Shown here: one piece after another, positions 1 to 11,520 of the stretch
How the letters are laid out: each line of letters opens with the position of its first letter
Position numbering within the stretch: the stretch's first letter is position 1
From: Takakia lepidozioides
Lineage: Eukaryota; Plantae; Bryophyta
Assembly: GCA_030704615.1 (NCBI GenBank)
Contig: JAKLZA010000128.1
Span: 1-27,622 of the forward strand
Reading direction: 5' to 3'
DNA length: 27,622 nt
Notes under the pieces: generated by a model
Database searches by the model: none
The model's input: only the letters and a program-made list of their open reading frames with translations
What the model was told of the DNA's origin: nothing
Made by a program: the position numbers and the translations under genes

Positions 1-451
1 ACAGAGGGGTCAAGCGTGACGGGCTGTGTTTGGCGGTGGCGGGCTGGGGACTGGCGGGGGGCGGGTGACGGTGGACGGGCGGTGGGGGCTGTGGGGGCTG
101 TGACGACTGTGACGGGCTGTGTGGGCTGTGCGGCTGTGTGGGCTGTGTGGGCTGTGACGGCTGTGTGGGCTGTGACGACGGTGACGGCTGTGTTTGGCTG
201 TGTGGGCTGTGACGACTGTGACGGGCTGTGTTGGCTGTGTGGGCTGTGACACGTGACGGGCTGTGTTGGGCTTTGGGGGCGGTGACGGCTGGTGGGCTGT
301 GACTGCTGTTTCGGCTGTGTGGGCTATGTAACCCCCCTCTACAGTGCGCTGCTGTCACCCCTAAGTTTCCTGTTTGTCTCCGTCTGTGCAAAAATTAAGG
401 GTACCCTACAGATCCCGTATAAGTGTCTAAGTCCCCTACAGCCCTCTAACA
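1..451. mobile_element. Probable terminal part of an LTR (retrotransposon) inserted into the CACTA transposase
   Basis: Homology to the second CACTA copy starts abruptly at 452 (ACATCCAGCTGATAGC = 25069 onward). The sequence just before ends ...CCCTCTAACA (TGTTAG... on the minus strand), a typical TG...CA LTR edge. The other LTR end and the TSD are outside the window. Confidence 0.55.
16..326. repeat. Degenerate GC-rich short tandem repeat (GGCTGTGT / GGCTGTGAC units)
   Basis: Dozens of GGCTGT-containing ~9-10 bp units are directly visible. The ORFs here are repeat translations. Confidence 0.9.
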
Positions 452-3245
452 ACATCCAGCTGATAGCAAGCATGGAGACACATTGACACACATTTGCGGA
501 TTTTGCTGCAGAGCCACGATCTCTGCGATTTGGATTGGCCTTAGACGGTGTAAATCCCACGGAGCTCAATCCACAAGTTGGAGCCCATGGCCCGTTCTCT
601 TGGTCAATTACAATCTGCCTCCGTGGTTAATGACCAAAAAGTTCTTGTCATGTTAGCGCTACTGATTCCTGGTAAGGAGTCTGTTACCTCGGACAATGTA
701 GATGTTTACCTGATGCCCCTAGTGGGAAGAGCTACTGGAACTATGGAGAGGGATTGCAGTTCATGATGTTTCCCGTCCTCGTGGTCAACGCGAATTCACA
801 CTGAGGGCAGTGTTGATGTGGTCAATCCATGACTACCCTGCATATGGCTTGCTCTCAGGTCAAGTGACGAAAGGTTATGCTGGTTGTCCAGCTTGTGGAC
901 CCGGGGTGACTTCCACAGCAGTTACACACATGTGGAAAAATTGTTTTCCTAGGCCACCGAAGATTTTTGGCCCGCAACATCCATATAGAAGGTCAAGAAT
1001 GTTCAATGGCGCTACTGAGCATGGAACTCCTCCAAAAACGCAGACTGGAACACAAATCAAGGAACTTGCAACAACTCGCACTGCATGGGTGGAAAACAGA
1101 GGGACGCCAGATAGCAGAACAAACCCAGCAAAAACTCATGGAGTTAAGCGATTGTCAATTTTATATGTCTTACCTTATTGGGAGGTAATTCCTTCATGGC
1201 CTTTAAATTGGCTGTGTACATTTTTGTGTTTTTTGTTTAAATTGTGATGAGTAAATGCTCAATTGCTTATGTGTTCATTTTGTAGGGTCTCCTCATCCGC
1301 CACACGTTTGACGCAATGCATTGCGAGAAGAACTTGGCTGAAAATATTATTAAAACTATCTTTGGTGAGAAGACACATTGAAAGTTCGCCGTGATTTGGA
1401 GCTACTTGGGATGCGCCCGAATTGTGGCTACAACGTGATCCTGACAGAGCAGATACGTTAATTATGCCTCCTGTCCCTTATGTCCTCACTGAGGCTAAGT
1501 TACAAGTCTTTCTGGAGATTGTGCAGAACTTGAAAGTGCCAACAGGCTACGCATCAGCTTTCAAAAAACATGTGGTGAAGAAGAAGTTGTCAGGCATGAA
1601 ATCACATGCCTATCATGTGCTCATGCAGCAAATTATACTGCTTGCTATCCGTGGGCTCATGCCAAGTGTCCTCGAAGGGCCATTTTGCGAGTATGTCGTG
1701 TATTTAAGAAGTTGTGTGCAAAAGTGGTGAATCCTGTAGAGTATGAGGAATTGAGAACTGAAGCAGTTCTCACTCTGTGTCTTATAGAGAAGGAGTTCCC
1801 ACCATCATTTTTTTGATGTGATGACAACATGGTTGTTCATCCCTAGTGGATGAGTTGTACTTATGCGGGCCCGTAGCATCTCGTTGGATGTACCCCATGG
1901 AGCGGGCAATGAAAGATATGAAGGGCTACGTAAGAAACATGGCAAGGCCCGAGGGGAACATGGCAGAAGGATACCAATTTGAAGAAGCATTGGGTTTTTG
2001 CACAGAGTATATGGCAGGATTTGATGGAAGTGTACGAAGGGTGTGGGATGCAGATGAGCAGAATCTGTGGAACGTGAAGTTGTGGAAGGAAGTTCTAAAG
2101 CCCGAAAATTGAATGACTTGTGTGATATTGTACATGAGTACCATTCCCGTCTATCAGTCATTTGGGGTAAGAATCTACTTCATTGACATTCAGATTTCCA
2201 AGTTTTAGTCATTTATCATAAGTTGGCATATGGCGTCTTTTCAAATCTCCCACGCCACCTCTGTCAATCTCCTGGCTGACCCTCGGATTGTGACAGGATA
2301 TATGAAGCAGAGTCCACACAGATAGAAGCCAGACGACGCTTGTTTCGTGAGGAGCAAGGGCTGGAAGGCATGAGCAATCCCCGGCAATTCAGTACCCTCC
2401 TGATTTGCATCCTTGTCCTCCATTTGCTGTTTGCTCCCTCAAGTGTACGGGATCATCTCTCAATTCAATCAGATGGGCTTGATCCTACAACACGTGAGGA
2501 ATTACTGGATCTTTCAAGGCCTCCATCATTTACTGCCCTGTCATTCAAGAGTATGACAGCGTATGGTAACCATTATTGGGTTACATCCCCCGCATGAACA
2601 CAACATTATGGTGTCTTTTGATTGTGGAGTCTCATCTGTTTTCCAGCACCAGCCCATTACAAACAATTCAGGCAATGACATGGAGGAACCTACAAGATAT
2701 GTGGGTCTTATAAGAGAGATTTTGCAAATTGACTATGGCCAAACACAGCTATAGTGTTTTTTGTGTTCATGGGTACGGGCGAGTCGCGTGGGTCGTCAAC
2801 CTATGTCAATGAAGCAGGATGATGCTGGCTTCACACTTGTCAATTTTAACCGTATGCTTCCACCTTCTGAGCAACCTTTTGTGTTTCCTGGCCAGGTTGA
2901 TCAAGTGTTTTTTTTTCTGATTGTGTGAAGGAGCCGGGGTGGAAAGTCGTCCTGGAGAAGAGCCCCGAGCACGTAGAGTGGTCTACGACATATCAATGAT
3001 AATGATGATGTGGCGGAAGTGGAAGGATTGTTAGCCCCACAAAGACTAGAGGAGACTGTGGTTGCTGATGGCCCAACATGCAGCCGAGCGGTACCGGTTA
3101 CTCCAGAGTAGGTGGCCTCCTGTACCTCCGAGCACCCCGTATACGTGGTGATGATGTTCAGCCAACCCATGGACAAGATGAAGTCTGTGATGAAGACAGT
3201 GATACATGTAGTGACCAGACATAGATGAGGATGATGAAGATTAGA
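452..3245 (+). pseudogene. CACTA transposase (Transposase_21, DUF4218 and DUF4216-type regions), 5'-interrupted and frameshifted
   Basis: Motifs WSIHDYPAYGLLSG, GMKSHAYHVLMQQ, ELYLCGPVASRWMYPMER, YVRNMARPEG.MAEGY and EQPFVFPGQVDQVFF. GT-AG intron at 1185-1285. Several 1-bp indels relative to copy 2. Confidence 0.9.
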
Positions 3246-3389
3246 TATGCGCAATTTGTGCACTCCAGTTATAGACCATGCATGATAGTTTAAGGTGGTA
3301 ACACTCCCTTCGCATTCCCATTAAGATATCATGCTTGGACACTGGATTTTATGATCAATTATGAGTGCTTTCCTTTCAGCACCCTTTAT

Positions 3390-5359
3390 TCATTTGTTGT
3401 TGCAATTGGCTTTGGACCACCCGTGCTGGTACCATTGCCATGGGTTCTGCCTGCAATGTTTTCTTGCCATGGATTCGGCACACGCCACGAAAGGCCATCC
3501 ATACCATCCTCTGGAAATGCTCCAATGTTGTTTCAAACATCTCCACATTGCAGTGAGACTAGACCTCCAGCCAGCCGGCTTTCCCACATCAAATTGAAGG
3601 GGATCTGTAGATTATAGATAACGGCTGTTGCCTTCTCAATGTCTTTCCAATGACCTCTGCAATGAACTGGGGTATAAGATCCTTCAAATCACAAGTTTGA
3701 GCATCACGCACAAGCCACTTACGGGGATAGAGTTTCCAATGCGAACCATTGGTCTTTTATTGATAGCATTGTTGTAAAATACATGGACCAACATGGTCAA
3801 TTTCGGGAATGACATATAGTACGCTTTCATGTACTATGTAAGCATGCAACTATGTACCAGTGACGTGGCTTGTTCGCCACTTAACCTGTTTGCCCATTCA
3901 GCCAGCTCCACATTGTCATGGATTTTGCATGCTGGATTGTGAGGCCATCCACACCGTCCTCTGGAAATGCTATCATGGGGTTTCAGCTATGTCCACATTT
4001 CCCTGGATTATGCCTGCACGAAGCAAGGCCAACTGCATTCAGCACCCTCCACTTTATTATAGTATTGCAGCAACATTCAAAGCACTTCAATTTGTATCCA
4101 TCGAAAACATCTAGGCTAAAAAGACATTGTTGCAGCAGAACTTAGGAAAGTACTTCTCCCCTTCCACTACACACGTGAAATGAAAGAAGCCAACCAACAG
4201 CATACCAGCCAAGAAAATATGAACCAGCCAAGAAAAGAGCCATATATGCAGTGAAGGTCGACACTAAATGAAACTTATCCAACACTTACATTAGAGGAGG
4301 GAAGCTAAGTCTTACCTCCATAAGCTTGCCCACATCAAATTTGGGAGCTTTCAGAATTTTCCTTTCCGGTTGAATGAACTTGGCTACAAGATCCTTCAAA
4401 TCGCAAGTTTGAGCTTCACACACAATGAACTTGCAGGGATTGAGCTTCCAATGCGAACCAGGAGTCTTATATTGATGCATGTTGTAAAACACATGGACCA
4501 ACAATGACAGTCTCTGGAATGACATATAGTACAGTAATGACATATAGTACCGCATTCCAGTTGACCATCTACCCATGTAGGTTTCTTGTACCTATCCTTC
4601 CACAGGGAATCATAGGTAATGTGGAGCTTGAAATCCAGCCCTCTTGGATGAATGTGGACCCACACTCTATCCCCTGCTCCTTCAGCTATCCATGCCTCTG
4701 ACAGCCTACAATTCTACCAGCAAACACCCCAACCATACTGGTGTGGAGTTCTTCCCCAAAACACCCCAACCCTACTTATCTCAATCTGAAATGCATCTGC
4801 TTCTCTCTGTAGTCCAACAGGCATTCGCCTTTTTGTCTCTATTGTCCCACCATTGGGATCGGAAAGTGTTCACCCCAAAGCTTCTCCTCACCTCTATTAT
4901 ATGTTTTTGGATACTTCCCTGTGCCACACTGGCAGTAACTTGCCAAAGTCACTCCAAACCACCACAAATCTACCCAACGACCTAACTTACATAATTCAAT
5001 ATGCATCTTGCGGCCGAGTCTGATGAGAGGGCAACACAGGCTGAAATAGGTTGAAGAAGAAGGTGCCCTACCACATTGTCCTTGACCTGTCCTGACCCAT
5101 GGAGGATTTGACCGATGACCTCTTGTGTGTGCTGCTTGTGTCTGTAGTCAGGTAATGTCGGATTGGTCTGTCAGATCGAACCACTACGGCGTAGATGAGT
5201 AGTCAGAGATTGAAACACGCTTGCTAAGACCAAGCTGACTCTCCCAAGAACGGCGAGCTCGCTTTCTCCTCGTCTCGTCTCCTCCTCCTCTTCTCCTTCG
5301 TGCATCATTTGCTCAACGCCTCCCACGCCCCTGCATATCCTACTATCATCGCGTTCCAT
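3390..5359 (-). pseudogene. Degraded accessory gene of unknown function inside the CACTA element, with internal duplication
   Basis: Minus-strand coding-like fragments (5171-5359, 4396-4665, 4286-4576, 3390-3587). 3676-3820 is paralogous to 4388-4530, and ~3465-3540 to ~3912-4000. Confidence 0.4.
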
Positions 5360-5499
5360 CCCTCAGCTATGTGGTGTGGCGCATGAGACAAAAAGACGCC
5401 AAGTCCCAGCCCTCCTTTCTGTTCACGATTACACTAATGGGCAACCTTATTAGCAAAATTTTTAACTTTTTTAAACTTAATGGGCAACCTTATTTGCAT

Positions 5500-5827
5500 T
5501 ATATGTGCCTTCAAAATGACACGTGTAGTGATGAAGTCGTATAAATAGAGCTCTGAAACCATCTTCAGTCATGGAGTCATAAGATTCCATGAAACGTCGT
5601 CCACGTGTAGTCAAACATATCACACTAGTCATATAAACCATCCCTGTCATCATGGTCAACAATGTTTGACCAATGCTCCCTAACTTTCCGGAGTCATGTA
5701 GTGATATCCATTACTACAAAGTCATAAAACTAAAACTGTAATGCATTTCAGCGCTCTGTAGTCATGTACCTAGTGCATTTTTATGACTCCGCAAAGCCGT
5801 GTCCTAAAAACGCTCTCTCTTGTAGTG
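5500..5827. repeat. CACTA 3' subterminal repeats and terminal inverted repeat
   Basis: Many (GT)AGTCAT / ATGACT motifs followed by TTGTAGTG at 5820-5827. The next 3 bp (AAC) would be the 3-bp TSD. Confidence 0.85.
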
Positions 5828-6419
5828 AACCCCCCTTAAATACCCGATCCAGGGACCAACAGTCTGGCGGGGTCCGTCGAATTACCAGCTGTTAAGACTG
5901 AACCTCGCGGCCAGCGCTACGTGGCGACGTGGCTTCCAGCGGTTGGCAGGCTGTTCTCTGCCGCTCGTGTCCCTGTGCGGGAGCTTGGCAGCGCTGGTGC
6001 AGCCACGCAGGGCACAAGCGTACTTTGCTCCAGGAACTGACAGCGTAGTTACGGCGTGAGCCCAGCCCCGTGAGCCTGGGAGCTGACTCATTTCAGGGAA
6101 GCATGACGGCACAAATCTGCTGGAGAACAAGTCCTATAGGCAGGATTGCAGGAGAGGGCCTATTACCGTGGACAAAACAAAGGGGCCACCATACCATGTC
6201 TGCAGCCTGCACAACAAGAGGAATATGAAATATGATTTGAGCTCAAAATGATTGACACACGTTATTTCAATTACAGATAGACGCTTACAAGAATGGCATG
6301 TGCATTTGCCCTGGTCTGCGAACGAAATGTATGTGGTCCTAAATCAATCTTTACACGGTAACTTGGAAACCCGCATGGGAAGCGGGCATACTCGTATGTG
6401 TTCAGAAGAATTGGCGAGC

Positions 6420-6675
6420 CCTACGTGAGGTGCCGCTGCAGAATGGTGATTACTTCTCCGTAGCCTAGTGTGGCTTGGTGAATGAATTGTCTCTCTTACC
6501 GTCGCAGCACATAATTACAAGGTATATGTATATTGATGCTTGCAGGGGACCCCACTTGCCCTCTCATGCCAAGCGCCCTCACGCATCGGTACAAAATCCG
6601 ACAAGTGCACGTAGGTAAATTCCCCACGGTAACCTGATATTCTTTGCCATGAAAACGAGCCAATAGACAGCACAA
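6420..6675 (-). pseudogene. SWIM zinc-finger C-terminal remnant of a related Mutator-like transposase, truncated at the TIR at 6676
   Basis: YQVTVGNLPTCTC..., then PCKH and FIHQATL in shifted frames. This parallels YTITISELPTCNC...PCKHLY...FIHAPGL of the transposase at 7550-7740. Confidence 0.7.
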
Positions 6676-6745
6676 GGTTACTATTTCATGAGCAAAACCA
6701 TGAGCCATGAGCCATGAGCCGCATGAGCCGCATGAGCGTGAGCCG
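6676..6745 (+). repeat. Left TIR with tandem CATGAGC(C) heptamer repeats
   Basis: GGTTACTATTTCATGAGCAAAACCATGAGCCATGAGCCATGAGCCGCATGAGCCGCATGAGC. Confidence 0.85.
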
Positions 6746-7244
6746 AAGTCTAGATACGCGGATTTCATGACGGACTCCTCCAAATTTGGAAATGCGGCAG
6801 ATTAACAAGTATTAAATATAGTTTTTTTTATTTGACCTTGCGTTTTTGGACGTCCAGATCATGAATGCGGCAATGTATGTCAGTAACTCAGTTTCGCTGC
6901 GGTCTCCTCAATTTTGGATTCCGCTCATGGAAATATAGTGACCTTGGACGTTCCATCCAGGTTATACCACTGGCAATTTTTCGGCAACATAGGTCGGTAA
7001 GAGTATTAAAACGTTGCGTATGACAGCCTAGTCATTTGAAAGCTGACCCTTTTGCCGCGATTGAACCAATGGAGTCTGCCCAATACGTCTGCAGTACTTC
7101 ACAATTCTGTCTTCTTCGGGTATTCGGCGAAAAGGTTTGCAACTGAACTGGGAAATAAGGCCGCATTAGGGTTCGCACGTGCGAAATTTCGGAGCGGTTT
7201 GGTGTTGGCGAAGGCCGCCTCTACCAGTACCTACGACGATACTT

Positions 7245-7266
7245 GGAAATGCGGCGCCGCATTTCC
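7245..7266. repeat. Isolated perfect palindrome GGAAATGCGGCGCCGCATTTCC downstream of the transposase
   Basis: Exact 22-bp palindrome read from the sequence. A half site is also present at ~6787. Confidence 0.95.
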
Positions 7267-7514
7267 TTGTCGGAGGTCGAATGAGGAAAGCAAGTTTTCG
7301 GAAAGCAGAAAAACATGAACCCTCCAACATACAAAATACATGCACGTGGAACAAGTGAACGATATAGTAATATCTTAGTTCGAGCAAAACAGGTTACTGG
7401 TAGGCAAGACATATGTCGGACCTTTCTGTGGCCAGAGTCTGAGGTACTGGCAGCAGTACAGTTCTACTATCCGAAAAGGATGGGCGTACCATTGTATGTG
7501 GACCGCAAGCCAAG

Positions 7515-10500
7515 CTCACTGGTCCCCTGGATCCATATTCAGAGAGTGTGAACCTCCTGGGGCTCAACCCTGGTGCATGTATGAAGTGATGAGTTGTGGA
7601 ATTACAACGGAGTCTCTTTAGGTACACGTAGTACAAATGCTTGCAAGGGCAGTATGATGCCCCCTTGTTCGCCATGATCTGGAAGTCGGTGCAATTGCAG
7701 GTGGGTAATTCTGAAATGGTGATGGTGTACACCTCATTGCGAACAGCTGAGCCCGCCGTGGCCATCTGATACACACGCCCGAATCCTGGTGGGGCACTTC
7801 TGTCGAGCTCTGGATTGTACAGTTCATCCGAAGTGCATTCCCCATCCTTGTCTCGTTCACTTTTGAGGGAGGTCGCCGCCTCTTCGGTTTCCCCCAACGG
7901 TGTGTAGGATGCTTAGAGCTGTCGTGTCCCATTGTTCTTGCTCTCACAGGGGTCGGTGGTGGAGGCTGTGGAAGCGGAAATGGTTGTCTGGGGACGTCAG
8001 TGCGCTGCACCATCCGAAATCCTGCGGCGGTAAGGCGTCGGCCTCAACCTGACTCAGATCGCAGCCTGGTTCCACCGGCCACACCGGGGGAGCCCTGGCA
8101 TTGTTTGTATGCCGTACTTGGGCTTTCCATACACGCAAGTCATAATGTCGTGCCTGCAGAACCAGAACTGGGTGGTTGTCGCCTCCGCAAACTTTGCATG
8201 GACAAATCTTCCTGTAAAAGTAGGAGCAGGGACAGCCCCATCTGGATTCCTCCTTATCATCTCTAAACAACGTTGTCGTGTATCCACACGAATTGCGGAA
8301 CACCTTCCTCGAAACGACGGCTTTGTGCGAGCAATTCTCCACTGTGAGGCAGACACAGTCGTCTCCACAATGGCTTGGCCATACTGCATAACAGCGGGCG
8401 GAATCTGGGGCAAGGGAGCGGTGGGAATTTTTTGCACGAAATCCCCGGTTGAAGGCGACGGCGATCTGGAATTTCTTGGGCTTCCACTGCTGGAAGACAC
8501 ATTGTGCGGCAACATGACGGGACCTCGAGGTGCTGTCCGAATGTTCCTGTCGGATCTCCAGGAATCCTCTTCGCACCCGGGTTCCTCTTCAATCCTCCGC
8601 CTGACAGGGCGAGTCCGGACGTTCCCCTCTAGGTGTTCACCTCTGCGGTGCAGAGGCGTCCCTTTGATCTTCTCTCGCAATGCTGTCGCCCATTTCACTG
8701 GATTCTTGGACCTCGAAGCTGTTCGTACCAACAATTCCTCCCTGTCCGGCCCAAAGCCCCATTGTTTGCCGCTCAGGAACTTGTAGTACGTGGCTTGCTG
8801 CATGATTGCTCTGTCGATGTCCTCCGTTGTGGCCGTCACTACGTCCACCAGATGTGCGGCAGAAGACGCTCGCCAGGAGGAGTGGACCGATTCTGCCATA
8901 TTCGTGTTCGGCATGTCCGTGTCGGAATCCAAGCACCGCTCCTAGAAGGACACAAACAATGGTGAGGGACCAATCGAAATGTCCGTAACAGAAAGACAAA
9001 TGAACGATTGACAGCAGCCTACCTCCCGCATGTACTGTCCGAACTGTCGATACCGAAAATGCCACCACCCCAACCAGCTGTGCAATGCTCCCAGATTGGT
9101 TGTCTCCACTGCACCTGACGTGTTCCACCAAGCCTCGATGATAGCAAACTTAACCTCCGCGTCATCAAATGTGGGTGCATCCTTCCACGCCGTACAAAGG
9201 ACACGGTGTTCAGCCTGGAATGAGCTAGCAACAAATTTGGTAGTGTAGTGGGATAGACTCTGCATCCAATGGAATCCACAGGATCTCTCTTTCCCCTCCA
9301 TTGGAACATTGGGGTCCTCACCGTACACACGCCGCACCGCTGCCCAGTTGGCCTGAGCGTTGTCTGCCATGAATCCCCTGAAATTGGGCTCTGGCAATCC
9401 CGCCCTTGCCATCTGCTCGTTTATGCCCTCCCACAGATGCATCTCGGACTGTGTGTCCTCCCCTTTCATCTCGCAGATTGCAATCGTCATGAGCCTCTTG
9501 GAGTGATAGTCATAAACATGCGCACCCATAGTCACCCACTGATGGTTTGTAATTCGCTTGATGTGATCAAACATCACCCAAGCATTCGACAAGTTTCCAG
9601 TTGTCATGCGAGTGACCAAGTCGACTCCACTCCCAGGCCCACTCGACATTTTGAAAATGTAACAACGATCGGATTCGCTGCCTTGCCCTGGAAACCTGCT
9701 ACCTTGGATGTAGTCATATCCAGTCATTCGTTTCACCTCCAGGATTGAGTACATGTCCGACCCCCTGCCGAACTCCTGCTTGCAAGATACGATGTGATTC
9801 CGCACATTCGGACTACAAACGTGCGAGACGGACTCCAAGAGGTCACGCATCTCGTCTTCGGTCAAGGGCTCTCGGTCGGAACCATCTTCAGACATGATTT
9901 TGCCAAGAGCAATCTTGTGGGCTGCCTTCAGCTGAATCTGCTTTGGTCTGGCTCCGGGGCTCAATTTCACCTCCTCTTTTATGATGTCGTGTGCTTCCTG
10001 CACAGCAATGTTGCCTCTCGCCAAGGGGTCAAGTGGACCCCAACGTGTATGCAAGCTCTAGTCAAGTCCGGGAGCAAATGGATTACGTAATATTGCTTGG
10101 CTCTGCACATGGACATGCACGTCGGTGGTTCTTTGCAATGTGCACACTTGAAAGAACCCGCAGGAGCTTGGCTGGAGACAATGAATGGATGATGCGTTGT
10201 GCCAGTCCAATCCGTCTCGTTTCTCCGCCCTCCTTTGGAGAGAAAGTGGAAGCAGGTGGGATTGAGGCACCTCAGCTTCCCCGCACAGAGGACATATCGT
10301 ACACGAACACCATCAGCAATTTTCGTGCTACTGGTCTTCGTCACACACCAGGGGTGTCCGTCATGCTTTCGATCCATGTCTGTTAACATCCCGGAGGCTT
10401 TGTTTGACGAAGAAACAGGTGGAAACTCGAAGATGACATTGCCATCGACTTCGGGAGGCAGAAACGTTACCTTTCTGACTGGGAATTTGGCATAGTCGAG

Positions 10501-11391
10501 AGCAGCCAGCTCGGAGCGAGAACCATCGAGGTGATGTTGTCGTAGGAGCTGCACAATGGACCGGGTTGGAGTTATGCTCGAGGGCACATTCGTAGCACCG
10601 ACAGAGACGTCCATGCCGGATTTGAACGACCGTGTGGAGGACATGGGTACCTCAATGCAATCATCTTCCTCGTCGGAAATGTCGAATACGTCCACACGAG
10701 AAGCTATGGAGGGTCTTGACGGTCCAGGTCGGGAATGATTATCGTTGCATACCTCTCTGTTGGCAGTGGCCGCCTGTCGGTTTCCGGACTCCTTTGTGGA
10801 TGGTGTGGGCAGCGACTGATTCGGAAAGGGAATGGGCATTCCCACAGCTCGGTACAGGATGGTGTCTGATGGGGAACGTGCCATTCGATTCCGCAACCTC
10901 CGTCGTTACCTAGCACGACAATGGTCTCGTCAACCTGTCCAGGAACATCCTTCCTTTCTTCTTCCAAATAAACTGTGCCCGTTTTGAGCTTGAATTTGGA
11001 ACAAAGGTAAGTTTCAGTCACTCTGCAAAGTCCTCCCTCGTTTGGGATCCAGGCTCTCCAAGTTGCGGAGGACAGCAAACTATAGCGTAGGAATTCGGAG
11101 CCATCGAACACCGCACGGAGTTGGCAAGTGCGAGGTTCAGTATAGCGACAGACCAAGGCTCACAGGCACCATGCGGAGTCCATCGACGACGATTGGAAGT
11201 CGCACATTGAAGTGGAAAGTATTGTTTCAAGCTACATGCATGAAGGTGGGAGGTTTGATTCCATAGCCAGTAAGTATGACAATGATGGCCGATTCGGCGA
11301 CGAAATAACATCTCCTGACAGTTTCTCCTGAGGGTGGATCCAGCAGTATTCTCGGTGCAGACAGGAACGTTCGCACTGACAAGTGCCAGGA
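7515..11391 (-). CDS. Mutator-superfamily DDE transposase with GCM-like N-terminal Zn domain and C-terminal SWIM finger (frameshifted; start not resolved)
   Basis: Joined ORFs 10704-11156, 9979-10896, 8942-10054, 8054-8932 and 7394-7897. MULE signature: WVMFD...FMADNAQAN...CGFHW...TNMAESVH. An in-frame GT-AG intron at 8942-9022 joins YMRE to ERCLDSD. SWIM: CNCTDF...CPCKHLY. N-terminal DGHPW...CAGKLRCLNPTC...CAHCKEP...C. Confidence 0.85.
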
Positions 11392-11520
11392 CTGTTAGTT
11401 AAAACGGTCAGACAACCAAGTTGTGCTCATCAAGACTGGCCGCAATGTTGTTTCGGAACAATGCAACCCATTGAGGTTCCAGATTTCCCGTCCCGAGTGA
11501 TTCTTTCGATTGCTGGTGGA

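Larger units (their letters stand above)
452..5827 (+). mobile_element. CACTA (En/Spm) DNA transposon, copy 1, 3' portion
   Basis: TnpD/Tnp2-type transposase remnants at 452-3245, a subterminal AGTCAT/ATGACT-rich region at ~5500-5800, and terminus ...CTCTCTTGTAGTG at 5827 (reverse complement CACTACAAGAG). Confidence 0.9.

Noticed and set aside
10-252. His/Ser/Pro-rich and Val/Ala/Trp-rich ORFs
   Set aside because: Translations of the GGCTGT tandem repeat.
328-346. Possible CACTG-type CACTA terminus (CTCTACAGTG)
   Set aside because: No partner end is visible and the real homology break is at 451/452. It cannot be fully excluded.
5435-5495. 17-bp direct repeat TAATGGGCAACCTTATT
   Set aside because: Small local duplication in CACTA subterminal DNA with no further support for a function.
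6155-6182. Weak resemblance to the MULE TIR (GGCCTATTACCGTGGACAAAAC), possible end of the older SWIM-bearing element
   Set aside because: Similarity is too low and there are no heptamer repeats.
8109-8786. 225 aa plus-strand ORF (also 16309-17064 and 16764-17600 on the minus strand)
   Set aside because: Antisense shadows of the transposase and ParB-MTase coding exons.
7515-11391. Zisupton/KDZ or other SWIM-containing transposon class
   Set aside because: The D...D...CxxH...ES motif order with a downstream SWIM fits the Mutator superfamily better.
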